Under the pieces are notes generated by a model. The model ran no database searches and was not told the DNA's origin. It was given only the letters and a program-made list of their open reading frames with translations. A stretch of DNA of 64,000 nt from an uncultured cyanobacterium (GTDB taxonomy: Bacteria; Cyanobacteriota; Cyanobacteriia; Cyanobacteriales; Nostocaceae): assembly GCA_963706595.1 (NCBI GenBank), contig OY970166.1, positions 3,072,001 through 3,136,000 on the forward strand, read 5' to 3'. This document shows positions 30,967-42,028 of this stretch, piece by piece; position 1 is the first letter of the stretch, and every line of letters starts with the position of its first letter. The translations under genes and the position numbers were made by a program.

Positions 30967-31122
30967 TCTGTCTCTGCTGCTCCTAGATTATTTTTAGGTT
31001 AAGTTCTAGTGTAGCTAAATGGAGTCTGGGGACTGGTAACGAAAAATCAAGCCTTTTTAAGGTATCTTGCAGGTTTTTACATTTATAGCAATCTTATTCT
31101 TATTTGATTTGCAAACACGCTC

Positions 31123-31155
31123 AGATCCCCGACTTCTTGAAGAAGTCGGGGATCT
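31123..31155. repeat. Palindromic repeat / possible bidirectional terminator
   Basis: AGATCCCCGACTTCTTGAAGAAGTCGGGGATCT perfect hairpin. Confidence 0.75.
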
Positions 31156-31232
31156 TTTAGATTCGTAGGATCTGTTTTTTAGATGAAGGCTGAATATTTG
31201 ACAGTTGAGAAACTTGAGTAGATGGATTTGAT

Positions 31233-34085
31233 TTATGAGAGCAAACCTTCAGGAACATTCACGGCTGAATCTAATCCTTGCACATCTTTCCAGTTTGTAT
31301 CCTCATTCCAAATAATTGTGTTGAGGTCAGCGCCTGAAAGGTTAGCGCCATAGAGGTCAGCACCTGAAAGGTTAGCACCTAAGAGGTTAACGCCATAGAG
31401 GTAAGCGCCATAGAGGTTAGCTCCTATGAGGTTAGCGCCTGAGAGGTAAGCACCTATGAGGTTAGCGGTTGTGAGGTTAGCTCCTATGAGGTAAGCGCTA
31501 TAAAGTTTAGAGACGGAGAGGTTAGCTCCTATGAGGTTAGCTCCTATAAGGTTAGCGGTTGTGAGGTTACTGCCTGAGAGGTCAGTCCCTGAGAGGTTAG
31601 CGCCTGAGAGGTCAGCGCCTGAGAGGTAAGCACCTATGAGGTTAGCGCCTGAGAGGTTAACGCCATAGAGGTAAGAACCAACAGTTTTTAAGAAAGTATC
31701 TAAAATAACACTGTTGCTGTAACTAATAATCCGAAGTAATCGCTGGTCATCAAAATTATCACAGTCTTCTTTACCACATGGATAAAAAATAATCTGATCT
31801 TTTAATTCATTTTTAGCTTGAGCATACCGATTTACTTCTAAAAGTAAAATCATCACATTCAGCCCAGCATAAATATCTACCTCTCTCAAATCCAGCGATA
31901 TATTTTGTGCCTTGAATGTTTGCATTTGATTTAGAGGCAGATTATTCGGGTGTCCACTAATAAATTTCCCTTGACACCAATCAAGATAAAAATACTCCAA
32001 ACGTTCAAATAATTTTATATATTGAAACTTATCTTCAGCCTCAAGCAAAGTCATTAAATATTTTACGATCTCTGATGTCAAGCCACCATAAGCTAGTAAG
32101 TCATATATTTCTTTTGATAGCTGATCATCATCGATGAGAAAGTTATCACGTCTACTTCCAGGGTCTAATCTCACCCATTTTTTCAAACTGTCTGTGATTT
32201 TTTGAGCGCACAAAAATTCACCAAAACTCTTATGAATAAACTCTACAGCACCCTCAGTTGAATCAGAAGCTTTTGCTGGTCTTAAATAAAATGCTGCTAA
32301 CGCATTTCTTAAAGGATTTTCTCCTAAATTTTGTTGGGCTTTTTCCAACATATCCTTTACTGATTTATCATTTTTAAGACGTTCTTCAATTGTTTTAATT
32401 GAAGTCCACTCTCTACCAGATTGGGTAACACACAATCCAGCTTCAAGCAAAATCAATCGCAAATCTTCTGTATCAAGTCCAGTAATTTTATCGTTAAGTT
32501 TATCCGGACGCTGTTTCGTGAGTACCCAATCTATCGTAGTTTGATAAATCCGTATCTTAGCTTGAGCGCCGCTACTATCTTTAAACATTTCAGTATTTAA
32601 TTCATCATCCCGGTGCATGGCTGCTAACAAATACAATAACAACGGCTCACGCGCTAATTCTTTTACACGCTCTGGACAACTATCTGCTCTTAAAAAATCT
32701 TGAAATGCTTCTGCTTTATCTTGTCCAACTAATTTACCCCATTTTTCTAACCATTGTTCTTGGAGCTTGTCATTCATTAAAGCAATTTCTACCCTTTTTA
32801 AATTGGTAGGTACACGATTTTCCAGCCCCTGTAAAGCTGATTCTCTACCAGTGACTAAAAACCGATGTTTGCATCCTGTTTGTGCTTGATAATTTCCTAC
32901 TTGCTGAAGAAAATCTTCAACTCCTTTAGCAGTTCTTCCTTCAAAACGTAATTCATCAAAACCATCTAGTAGAAACAAAAATCGGGTATTGCGGTCATTC
33001 AACCAACTATCACTGGTAGAAAAAGGCTGCCTAACAGCAGCGCGGAGAGTATTTTCAATATTAGGCTCAAAAGTATCTATATCTCTCAGTCGAATTAATA
33101 TTGGTGTCCAAATAGGGTGAAGATTTTCTCTGACCCAATTAGCGAACATTCGACAAAAGACACTCTTCCCTCGCCCTGGGCCTGCTTGAATAAACATGAC
33201 TTGGCGATTTTGATCGGGTTTGGTTAAATAATCTTTTGCCCAAGTTTCTAAATTAACAGCGTCTACATTTTTTTGAAGTTTTCCATTACTATCCAATAAA
33301 TTGGCTTCTAAAGACACGTAAATGTCAGGAAATGTAAACTCTTCATCTATTACTTTCCATCGGTCACGTAAAATTGGATCATTAGGCTTTGGTGATATAT
33401 ATTCTTGTAAATATGATTCAATATCGGCGTATTTATGATTAGCTCTGATTTCCTTCGCTGCCGTCATCTTCATATTTAAAGCTTGACGTACATTCTCTGG
33501 CTCAACTGATAAAAGTGATTCTACTTTCTGGTAAGTCTCCCAGGCAACCCACCCTGTTATGATGGGTGCAATTGTCTTGTTAATTCCAGCTTTTTCTAAA
33601 TAATTAGATAACTCATGATTTAAAGCTTGACCTAACGTAGATTCTGAGAAGTTTTTTAATACTTCATTAGCCAAATTTTCATCTAATTCAAATTCTCCTA
33701 ACTGGTTAATTTGCTGCTTGGCTTCTTGCTCTGATTTTTCAGCATCTATTTTTTGTTTTAACCAGCCATTTCTTTGAATTAAGGCATCAAAGCTTTGGAT
33801 ATAAGCCAGAGGAAAAGCAACTGCTACCCATTGTTCTACGTTGAATTCCTGGTTGATTTTTTCGCGTAGCAGGTCTAATCCTTTGCGAGTAAGACCTACA
33901 AAAGACAATCCGGCTGCTACTACAGGTGCTGATGGAACACTTGCCAGTATACCCAGTGCGATCGCCAATTCCAAGCCCGCTTTAGTTACTTCTGCTCCCG
34001 ACTCTACTGTATCGCCATGCTGTCCTAAGTTTTGGAAGAGTCCATCATTAATCAAACCTTGCCAAATCTGCTTAATCTTTTTCAT
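31233..34085 (-). CDS. NACHT NTPase with C-terminal pentapeptide repeats
   Basis: AGPGRGKS, LLDGFDEL, PLLLYLLA, FIHKSFGEFL; A(N/D/Y)L.G repeats at about 31320-31675. Confidence 0.9.
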   Translation of the reverse strand: MKKIKQIWQGLINDGLFQNLGQHGDTVESGAEVTKAGLELAIALGILASVPSAPVVAAGLSFVGLTRKGLDLLREKINQEFNVEQWVAVAFPLAYIQSFDALIQRNGWLKQKIDAEKSEQEAKQQINQLGEFELDENLANEVLKNFSESTLGQALNHELSNYLEKAGINKTIAPIITGWVAWETYQKVESLLSVEPENVRQALNMKMTAAKEIRANHKYADIESYLQEYISPKPNDPILRDRWKVIDEEFTFPDIYVSLEANLLDSNGKLQKNVDAVNLETWAKDYLTKPDQNRQVMFIQAGPGRGKSVFCRMFANWVRENLHPIWTPILIRLRDIDTFEPNIENTLRAAVRQPFSTSDSWLNDRNTRFLFLLDGFDELRFEGRTAKGVEDFLQQVGNYQAQTGCKHRFLVTGRESALQGLENRVPTNLKRVEIALMNDKLQEQWLEKWGKLVGQDKAEAFQDFLRADSCPERVKELAREPLLLYLLAAMHRDDELNTEMFKDSSGAQAKIRIYQTTIDWVLTKQRPDKLNDKITGLDTEDLRLILLEAGLCVTQSGREWTSIKTIEERLKNDKSVKDMLEKAQQNLGENPLRNALAAFYLRPAKASDSTEGAVEFIHKSFGEFLCAQKITDSLKKWVRLDPGSRRDNFLIDDDQLSKEIYDLLAYGGLTSEIVKYLMTLLEAEDKFQYIKLFERLEYFYLDWCQGKFISGHPNNLPLNQMQTFKAQNISLDLREVDIYAGLNVMILLLEVNRYAQAKNELKDQIIFYPCGKEDCDNFDDQRLLRIISYSNSVILDTFLKTVGSYLYGVNLSGANLIGAYLSGADLSGANLSGTDLSGSNLTTANLIGANLIGANLSVSKLYSAYLIGANLTTANLIGAYLSGANLIGANLYGAYLYGVNLLGANLSGADLYGANLSGADLNTIIWNEDTNWKDVQGLDSAVNVPEGLLS

Positions 34086-34377
34086 TATTTAAATTCCGGC
34101 GCTCAGAATTTTGCTACCGATGAGGGTTTATGCTTGATACATCTTCAGTATGCAGTTTTCCGCCTTGTAGCGCAATATTCTTCATGTAGCCAGTAAATAA
34201 CGCATTGCACCAGAATTTAAATAGACCTCTCCCCCAACCCCTCTCCGACGCGGAGAGGGGAGTAAAAAGCATAATTTTCCGTTGCTCCTCCCTTTCCTTG
34301 CAGGAGAGGGAGGCTGGGAGGGAGAGGTTCCGTCGAATTCACGTTAATTTATTGTTGGATAAAATTCTTAATCCCGA

Positions 34378-35094
34378 TTAACCCAAATCAAAAAGTAAAA
34401 ATTCTGTGCTAATGTCGGTACTGATTTGCAGTTTTTCTTCCCCACTAATTTGCACCCCATCACCGGCTCTGAGTTCCTGTCCATTCAAAGTTGCGACACC
34501 TTGAGCTATTTGTAACCAAGCATAACGATGAGGTTTAACGTGATAATTCACAACATCACCAGCCTCTAAAATAGACGCATACAAATCAACATCTTGGTGA
34601 ATTGTCACCGCACCATTACGCCCATCTTTAGCAGCAATTAAGCGTAGTTGACCGCGCTTTTCTGCTAAAGGAAATGATTTTTGTTCATACCTGGGTGTTA
34701 TTCCTTGCTTGTCTGGTAAAATCCAAATTTGCAGCAAGTGCAGTGGTTCAGTTTGTGAGGGATTAAATTCACTGTGAGCGATTCCAGTTCCTGCACTCAT
34801 TATCTGTGCATCACCAGGACGAATTATGGAACCAGTACCCAAACTGTCTTTATGTTCAACTGCTCCTGATAGGACATAAGTGAGAATTTCCATATCACGG
34901 TGACTGTGGCGCGGAAATCCAGCCCCAGGGGCGATGCGGTCATCGTTGATTACTCGCAGGCTGCGAAATCCCATGCGATCGCGATCGTAAAAATTACCGA
35001 AGGAAAATGTATGATAACTATTGAGCCAGCCAATCTCAGCATGACCACGGGCATTTCGATCATGAATTAGATAGTTAATGGTGTTTTGAGACAT
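34378..35094 (-). CDS. Pirin family protein (YhhW-like)
   Basis: SYHTFSF, LRVINDD, H.HRDMEI, MSAGTGI.HSE.N. Confidence 0.92.
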   Translation of the reverse strand: MSQNTINYLIHDRNARGHAEIGWLNSYHTFSFGNFYDRDRMGFRSLRVINDDRIAPGAGFPRHSHRDMEILTYVLSGAVEHKDSLGTGSIIRPGDAQIMSAGTGIAHSEFNPSQTEPLHLLQIWILPDKQGITPRYEQKSFPLAEKRGQLRLIAAKDGRNGAVTIHQDVDLYASILEAGDVVNYHVKPHRYAWLQIAQGVATLNGQELRAGDGVQISGEEKLQISTDISTEFLLFDLG

Positions 35095-35426
35095 GATTTT
35101 ACCTCGCTTCAGAAAGTTGAGTATTTTATTACTGTGCTGATTTAAATAAATAAATTTTTTACTTGTTTAAATAATAGAATGCATACCTACCAAATGAACA
35201 GTACGTACTTAAAAGTAAGATAGTTACCAAAAAGAAACCACCACCGCAAAGCGGAAGTAAAAAGTTTACCCTGAGCGAAGTCGAGGGGTCAAAAGTCAAA
35301 AGTCAAAAAGCTTATAAAATAGGCTTTTCATTGATTTCAAATGATTGTGCTATTTCCGCTAACCTATACTACTTGTAGCAGTATTCAATTAGCCGCGATT
35401 GTTTTGATTGTAAATAGACCAGCATT

Positions 35427-35455
35427 GTAGGGGTTTAGCAATGCTAAACCCCTAC
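35427..35455. repeat. GTAG-type REP palindrome
   Basis: GTAGGGGTTTAGCAATGCTAAACCCCTAC; related GTAG elements at about 19615 and 42691. Confidence 0.7.
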
Positions 35456-35522
35456 GAAAGATATGGTTTTTGACAATACATATTTAATGTTAATTGTCAA
35501 TACGTAACTTCTAAAGAAATCC

Positions 35523-36089
35523 TTATCTGAGTACAGCTGTCTTTTGAGTCGTACCAGCTTTACCATTTTCAGCCTTGACTTCTGCTACTTGCAAATGAGC
35601 GTCTAAGAACCAGAGTCGTTTGTCAATGGTGCGGGAAATTTCGGTGTAAAGGTCGGCGGTATCAGCATCGCCTAAGCTATCGGTTTTCGCGATCGCATCT
35701 CTGATATGTTTGCCATAGGCTGCAAAACGATCTGCTAAAGCTGCAACATGATCTTTACCTTCTAAAATATCGAAGGGATATTCTGGCAAAATAGAATTAC
35801 TAGCCGCAGCCCTTGCTGTTCCTAAAGCGTAACCACCTAAAGCGGTGACACGTTCCGCGACCATATCAACATACTGTTCTAACTCCCCCGCCAGTTGATC
35901 AAATAATTCGTGCAGCTGAAAGAAGTCATTACCCTTAACATTCCAGTGTGCTTGCTTCGCTTGGGTTTTTAAATCCGAAGTTGCTGCTAAGGTTTGATTG
36001 AGAATTACCACGAGTTGTACTCGCGCTTCAGCAGGAATATCAATGCGGGTAGGGTACAGACGAGACGTAAGTGTGTTGTTATTAGTCAA
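35523..36089 (-). CDS. dps: DNA starvation/stationary phase protection protein Dps
   Basis: KQAHWNVKG..F.QLHELFD, D.VAER, DTADL..EI...IDK.LWF; start uncertain (TTG 36089 or ATG 36116). Confidence 0.92.
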   Translation of the reverse strand: MTNNNTLTSRLYPTRIDIPAEARVQLVVILNQTLAATSDLKTQAKQAHWNVKGNDFFQLHELFDQLAGELEQYVDMVAERVTALGGYALGTARAAASNSILPEYPFDILEGKDHVAALADRFAAYGKHIRDAIAKTDSLGDADTADLYTEISRTIDKRLWFLDAHLQVAEVKAENGKAGTTQKTAVLR

Positions 36090-36394
36090 AATTCTACTTC
36101 CATTGGAGCGACACAAACAGTCTACAGATAGTGGATAACTTTTTGGAACTCTCTCTGGCAGATGGCCTTAATGTCTAAATGAATTATTATCTTTATTTAT
36201 GATCTTTATATCAACTAAAGATTCTCAATTAAATCGCTCAAATGTCATGGCTCTTAATAGCGGTTAACTTCTGACTCAGACAGGCGATCGCCGCTTATTT
36301 AATTACAGAAAATTATCGCCCCAGGAGATTAAATTTGACTATTTTTCTCAGAGTATTGTAAATTTTGAACTATACCCAAAGAAATATTATTTTC

Positions 36395-36811
36395 ATGAAT
36401 TACTACGTTATCTATGACGGAAACTGCAATCTCTGCGTTACTCTAGTCCAGTTACTGGAAAACCTAGACCAAGGAAAGCTGTTTCGTTACGCCCCCATGC
36501 AAGATGAGCAAACACTGGGACAGTGGGGAGTTACATCCCTAGATTGCGAACAGGGGATGATTTTAATTGATGCTAATGCACCGGAAAGACGTTGGCAAGG
36601 TAGTGATGCGGCTGAGGAAATTGGGCGATTATTGCCGATGGGGAGTGTATTTGTGGAAGCTTATCGGGCGTTACCGGGGATGAAATGGGTAGGAGATCGC
36701 TTCTATGAACAAATCCGCGACAACCGCTATACTCTTTTTGGCAAGCGTGAAAGTACTTATAAATCAGCGTATTGTGTTGATGGTAGCTGCAAAACTGAGC
36801 ATTACCAATAA
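36395..36811 (+). CDS. DCC1-like thiol-disulfide oxidoreductase (DUF393)
   Basis: YDGNCNLC (DxxCxxC); Y..I..NRY..FG. Confidence 0.85.
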   Translation: MNYYVIYDGNCNLCVTLVQLLENLDQGKLFRYAPMQDEQTLGQWGVTSLDCEQGMILIDANAPERRWQGSDAAEEIGRLLPMGSVFVEAYRALPGMKWVGDRFYEQIRDNRYTLFGKRESTYKSAYCVDGSCKTEHYQ

Positions 36812-36934
36812 TTACGGCTTTTGGGATTACCCATAAATCAATTCTCCAACTTCTACTTTCTCCTGCTCTTAGGTGATTTCGGGTTTTCTTATTTGCAAGT
36901 TTTTTTGTCCTACACCAAAACATTAAAGTAATTC

Positions 36935-38436
36935 ATGAAAATCAAATTTCGCCTACTAATTGGTTTGATAATTGGTTTGATAATTGGTACTACGTTGGCA
37001 CTATACACAAAGACTCTTGTAACTCGTTTCGTAACTCCTAAAAGCTTTAGCGATTGGTGTCAGCAAAAATCAACTTTATCTCCAGAAACAAGACATACAG
37101 TTGAGATTCTGTTACAAAAGGCTGATACTCAAAACTGTGAGCTTGCTAACGAAAGCCTTAGCAAGCTGACTTCTCTCGACCTTGATTCCCATCAAATCAG
37201 CGATATCCAGCCATTATCGGCGCTGACTAATTTGACTTCTCTCTGGCTCGACTCCAATCAAATCAGTGATATCCAGCCATTATCGGCGCTGACTAATTTG
37301 ATTGAACTCAGGCTCCACTCCAATCAAATCAGTGATATCCAGCCATTATCGGCGCTGACTAATTTGACTTCTCTCCGGCTCGGCTCCAATCAAATCAGTG
37401 AAATCCAGCCATTATCGGCGCTGACTAATTTGACTTCTCTCTGGCTCGGCCCAATCAAATCAGTGAAATCCAGCCATTATCAGCGCTGACTAATTTGATT
37501 GAACTCAGGCTCCACTCCAATCAAATCAGTAAAATCCAGCCATTATCGGCGCTGACTAATTTGACTGAACTCACCCTCGGCTCCAATAAAATCAGTGAAA
37601 TCCAGCCATTATCGGCGCTGACTAATTTGACTTCTCTCAAACTCAGCTCCAATAAAATCAGTGATATCCAGCCATTATCGGCGCTGACTAATTTGATTTC
37701 TCTCTGGCTCGGCTCCAATCAAATCAGTGAAATCCAGCCATTATCGGCGCTGACTAATTTGACTGTTCTCTGGCTCGAATCCAATAAAATCAGTGAAATC
37801 CAGCCATTATCGGCGCTGACTAATTTGACTATTCTCTGGCTCCACTCCAATCAAATCGGTGAAATCCAGCCATTATCGGCGCTGACTAATTTGACTGAAC
37901 TCACCCTCGGCTCCAATCAAATCAGTGAAATCCAGCCATTATCGGCGCTGACTAATTTGACTGAACTCACCCTCGGCTCCAATCAAATCAGTGATATCCA
38001 GACATTATCGGCGCTGACTAATTTGACTGTTCTCTGGCTCGACTCCAATCAAATCAGTGAAATCCAGCCATTATCGGCGCTGACTAATTTGACTTTTCTC
38101 ACGCTCAACTCCAATCAAATCAGTGAAATTCAGCCATTATCGGCGCTGACTAATTTGACTTCTCTCAGGCTCGAATCCAATCAAATCAGTGAAATCCAGC
38201 CATTATCTGTGCTGACTAATTTGACTTTTCTCACGCTCAACTCCAATCAAATCAGTGAAATCCAGCCATTATCGGCGCTGACTAATTTGACTTCTCTCAG
38301 GCTCGAATCCAATCAAATCAGTGAAATCCAGCCATTATCTGTACTGACTAATTTGACTGTTCTGGATATTAAGAATAACCCGATCGCAAGCCAAACCTGT
38401 CCTGTTCAACCGGAGTCGATCTGTACCTTTAATTAA
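36935..38436 (+). CDS. Secreted or membrane-anchored internalin-like LRR protein (apparent 1-nt deletion near 37450)
   Basis: N-terminal hydrophobic segment, F..WC cap, about 19 x 22-aa LRRs, CPV.P..IC C-terminal cap; one added base joins the two ORFs (about 500 aa). Confidence 0.85.
37160..38380 (+). repeat. About 19 tandem 66-bp LRR units
   Basis: ATCCAGCCATTATCGGCGCTGACTAATTTGA recurs every 66 bp. Confidence 0.95.
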
Positions 38437-38495
38437 CGTTAATTATTGGAAATTTATCACCTTTGTGAAACCTTAAGGTAGAAAATTAACCTAGA

Positions 38496-38924
38496 TTAAT
38501 CACTGGCTTGATTAAAAACCTCTAAGATGTGTCGGCAAATTTCCTTGAGTTTGTCACCCACTTGTGGCGAAGGTTCAGCCATACCGACAAAACTCCAGTT
38601 TTCCACAGTAGACAGTCGCCAAGCTTCACCACGATGGTCAAACCCAGCCACTTCTAAACCAATAGCGCGACGTGACTGATTTATGGGATCTTGGTAAAAG
38701 CGGATTTGAATCAAAACACTGCGACTGCGCCAAGATTTGCTGATTCCCGGAAAGTGAAAACCGATGTCTATAGAATCTGGATCAATTAACTCTCTGGTTT
38801 CTGGGTCATTCTTCCAAGGTTTGAGATCCGATTTCGCATCAGGAAACTCGAATTTAAACAAATTTACTACCGTAGCAATCTTGCTGGCGAGTTCAAGGTT
38901 TGTTGCTTGTTCAGATGCATTCAC
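38496..38924 (-). CDS. Hypothetical protein (appears to be a conserved cyanobacterial type)
   Basis: 142-aa ORF (GTG start, AGGAG RBS); DLKPW.ND..T...DPDSIDIGFHFPG. Confidence 0.75.
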   Translation of the reverse strand: MNASEQATNLELASKIATVVNLFKFEFPDAKSDLKPWKNDPETRELIDPDSIDIGFHFPGISKSWRSRSVLIQIRFYQDPINQSRRAIGLEVAGFDHRGEAWRLSTVENWSFVGMAEPSPQVGDKLKEICRHILEVFNQASD

Positions 38925-38964
38925 GAAAAAACACTCCTATTACCGCAAGTGCGGAAGTCCAACA

Positions 38965-38997
38965 ATTTTAGATTTTAGATTTTAGATTTTAGATTTA
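38965..38997. repeat. STRR heptamer array (TTTTAGA)n
   Basis: 4-5 tandem units. Confidence 0.8.
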
Positions 38998-39214
38998 GCA
39001 AATTTAAAATTACGCTTTCCTCCTAATTAAGTCTTTTGAGACTAAACAAGGTTATCTTGAGTAATTATACTTAATTTTTTTTATAAATACGCAGTAACTA
39101 CGCCCATTAGCAGAATTTTCAGGAAAATCCGTTGTGAAGTAGAACGATAGATCACCCCAACGATCTAAAATTACACTGTTAATCGGCACACACAAAACAC
39201 AATAAATTCAGTTT

Positions 39215-39667
39215 ATGGCGCGTCAACGCTCGATTTTTTCTCTAATTCTAGTATTATTAGCTACATTCCTCATTAGTTGTGGTGGCCCTAGCGTCGCAGT
39301 TGTACCTCCAACTTACACAGCAACTCAACTGGAGAGAATTGAGGAATATGTTCCGAAAATTCAGGCTGTGCGCGATCGCTCAGAGGAACTAAAAACCCTG
39401 ATCAACAAAAAGGATTGGATTGATGTCAGTAATTTTATACATGGTCCGATGACCGAAGCTAGGTCAAGCATGACTTATATCATTCCCAACCTCCTCCCTT
39501 CTGTCCAACCCGTAGCACGGCAAAAAACGCGAGATTTACTTAACGACTTGGTTAAAATCGATCAAGCGGCGGGACAGAGTGATACTCAACTGGCTTTGAG
39601 TAGCTACCAAAAAGCGATGGAAGACATTGATAAATTCTTCCAACTGCTTCCTGAAACCAACAGTTAA
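39215..39667 (+). CDS. psbQ: Photosystem II lipoprotein PsbQ (CyanoQ)
   Basis: Lipobox LISC, PPTYT, W.DV.NFIHGPM. Confidence 0.9.
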   Translation: MARQRSIFSLILVLLATFLISCGGPSVAVVPPTYTATQLERIEEYVPKIQAVRDRSEELKTLINKKDWIDVSNFIHGPMTEARSSMTYIIPNLLPSVQPVARQKTRDLLNDLVKIDQAAGQSDTQLALSSYQKAMEDIDKFFQLLPETNS

Positions 39668-39796
39668 GCATCGGTAAAATGGGATCAGGAGGATGAGAGT
39701 GCATGATCATTGCGATCTCCTCCTAGTCCCTGATATCTCCCACTTTCTTGTCCAGGCGTGAGCAATTGTGTCTCACCCACTGACTTCAAAAAAGCA

Positions 39797-40912
39797 ATGA
39801 GTCATGTAGTCATTATCGGTTGTGGTGTAGTTGGGGCTGCGATCGCCTATGAACTCAGCCTAGTTAAAAATTTAAAAATCACTGTGATCGACCGTCAAGC
39901 ACCCGCTCAAGCTTCCACAGGTGCAGCCCTGGGCGTTTTGATGGGCGTGATTAGTCATAAAATAAAAGGTCAAGCTTGGCAGAGGCGACAAACTAGCATT
40001 CAACGCTACGAAACTTTAATTCCGGAATTAGAAGCGATCACAGGGCGCAAAATCCCATTTAACCGCCAAGGTATTCTCAGTCTGTTCGGATCAGAAGAGA
40101 ATTTAGCCGGATGGGAAAACTTGGCCGCAGTGCGTCATTCTCAAGGCTGGGAATTAGAACTTTGGGATACAGCCAAACTCAAAAATCTTTGTCCTCAAGT
40201 TGATCATGCCAAAATTACGGGTGCGGTTTATTCTCCCCAAGACCGTCAACTAGATCCTACTGCTTTAACTTTAGCTTTAGTTGAAGCTGCCCAAAACAAT
40301 GGGGTAACTTGCAAATTTGGGTTAACTGTTGTGGGGACGGATACCCCAAACCCAGAGATGGAAAAAGTCAGTCAATGTATTGCTGTAGAGACGACAGAAG
40401 GAAAAATAGCCGCCGATTGGATTGTAGTCGCTGCGGGGCTGGGTTCCACACCACTGACGGCAAAGTTAAACCAGATGCTGGATATCCGCCCGGTTCTGGG
40501 ACAAGCATTACACATACATTTAGATCAACCATTGGGTAATTCTGACTTTCAGCCGGTGATTACTGGTAATGATGTCCATATTGTCCCTCTAGGGGGCGGT
40601 GATTACTGGGTGGGTGCAACTGTGGAGTTTCCTAGTAATGCCGATGAAATTCTACCAAACCAAGAAATGCTAACAGAAGTTTGGCAGCAAGCGATCGCCT
40701 TTTGCCCAGATTTAGCCCCAGCCGAAATTATCCGCACTTGGTCGGGTTTACGTCCCCGTCCTGAAGGTCGTCCCGCCCCAGTCATTGAAAAATTAGCAGG
40801 ATTTAGCAATATTCTCTTAGCTACTGGACACTACCGCAATGGTGTTTTGTTAGCACCAGCAACAGCTGACGCAATTCGTGAGATGATTACTTCTAGGGAT
40901 TATAAAAAATAG
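39797..40912 (+). CDS. FAD-dependent oxidoreductase (glycine oxidase/DAO family)
   Basis: IIGCGVVG, W.GLRP, ATGHYRNGVLLAP. Confidence 0.85.
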   Translation: MSHVVIIGCGVVGAAIAYELSLVKNLKITVIDRQAPAQASTGAALGVLMGVISHKIKGQAWQRRQTSIQRYETLIPELEAITGRKIPFNRQGILSLFGSEENLAGWENLAAVRHSQGWELELWDTAKLKNLCPQVDHAKITGAVYSPQDRQLDPTALTLALVEAAQNNGVTCKFGLTVVGTDTPNPEMEKVSQCIAVETTEGKIAADWIVVAAGLGSTPLTAKLNQMLDIRPVLGQALHIHLDQPLGNSDFQPVITGNDVHIVPLGGGDYWVGATVEFPSNADEILPNQEMLTEVWQQAIAFCPDLAPAEIIRTWSGLRPRPEGRPAPVIEKLAGFSNILLATGHYRNGVLLAPATADAIREMITSRDYKK

Positions 40913-40953
40913 CTTTTAGTATTTGGGCTTTGACGTTTGATTAGGAAAATAGC

Positions 40954-41802
40954 GTGTCTTTAAAAGAACATAAAATTAAAGTAGATTCTCTGGAATGGTT
41001 TTATCGCGAGTGTGAACCCATCGGCAAAACTGACCTGCTGCCTGTATTATTTCTACACGGTTTAGTATCACAAAGTTATAGCTGGCGCAACATTATGCCT
41101 GCTTTAGGGAGTCAGGGAAATAGAGCGATCGCACCAGATTGGATTGGTTATGGTTTTTCTTCCCAACCCGAAAAATGGGATTTTAATTACACACCTGATA
41201 AATTTATTACTGCCTTAGAAGGATTTGTCAAGGCCTTAGAACTGGAAAGATTTTCTTTAGTTGTGCAAGGATTTCTAGGTTCTGTGGGCTTACAATATGC
41301 TTTGCGCCATCCTGAGCAAATTGCTAACATAGCCATCTTGAATGCACCGATTTCCACAACTGCCAAATTGCCTTGGAAAATTAAACAACTGGGTTTACCA
41401 TTGGCAGGGGAAATGATGACTCAAGACCCCCTCTTAGTTGATCGGACTCTCGAAGGTGGGAGTCGTTACCGCATTGAAGATAAAGATTTAGATATTTATC
41501 GCAAACCATTTTTAAAAGCTTCCACTGCGGGGCGAAGTCTCCTCGCCACTGTGCGGAATTTGCAACTAGACCAAGCAATGTCAGAAATAGAATCGGGATT
41601 TAAAGAATGGCAACAGCCAATTCTAATTCAATGGGGAATGATTGACCCTTGGCTACCTATAGAGGTAGCACAAAAGTTTGCTGATTCTGTCCCTAATGCC
41701 GAGTTAATAAAAATTAATAATGTCGGGCATTATCCTCAAGAACACTACCACAAAACGATTCTAGAAGACCTTTTGCCCTTTGTCAGACGTATAAATACTT
41801 AA
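40954..41802 (+). CDS. Alpha/beta hydrolase (haloalkane-dehalogenase-like fold)
   Basis: FLHG, APDWIGYGFS, GHYPQE. Confidence 0.85.
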   Translation: MSLKEHKIKVDSLEWFYRECEPIGKTDLLPVLFLHGLVSQSYSWRNIMPALGSQGNRAIAPDWIGYGFSSQPEKWDFNYTPDKFITALEGFVKALELERFSLVVQGFLGSVGLQYALRHPEQIANIAILNAPISTTAKLPWKIKQLGLPLAGEMMTQDPLLVDRTLEGGSRYRIEDKDLDIYRKPFLKASTAGRSLLATVRNLQLDQAMSEIESGFKEWQQPILIQWGMIDPWLPIEVAQKFADSVPNAELIKINNVGHYPQEHYHKTILEDLLPFVRRINT

Positions 41803-42028
41803 TGAAAAGCCAATAAATCTGAGAAAAATCGATATCATAAACAAGAAACCATACATAAATACAGAGAAGCAGCAATACATTATTTGTTTTTCTCTAAATT
41901 TAAGTATGGTTAAGCTTAGTTAATAATGGTTTTGCTGCGGATTTATAATATTATCTAAGACTGCATTTGTAAACTTTTTTATTAAAGCTAAAAAGGGTTT
42001 AAAACCACACTGACGGAGATTTTAGTTC

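Noticed and set aside
37160..38380. 66-bp periodicity as a CRISPR array or DGR template/variable repeats
   Set aside because: Units translate as LRRs; variation is not adenine-specific and there is no reverse transcriptase in the window
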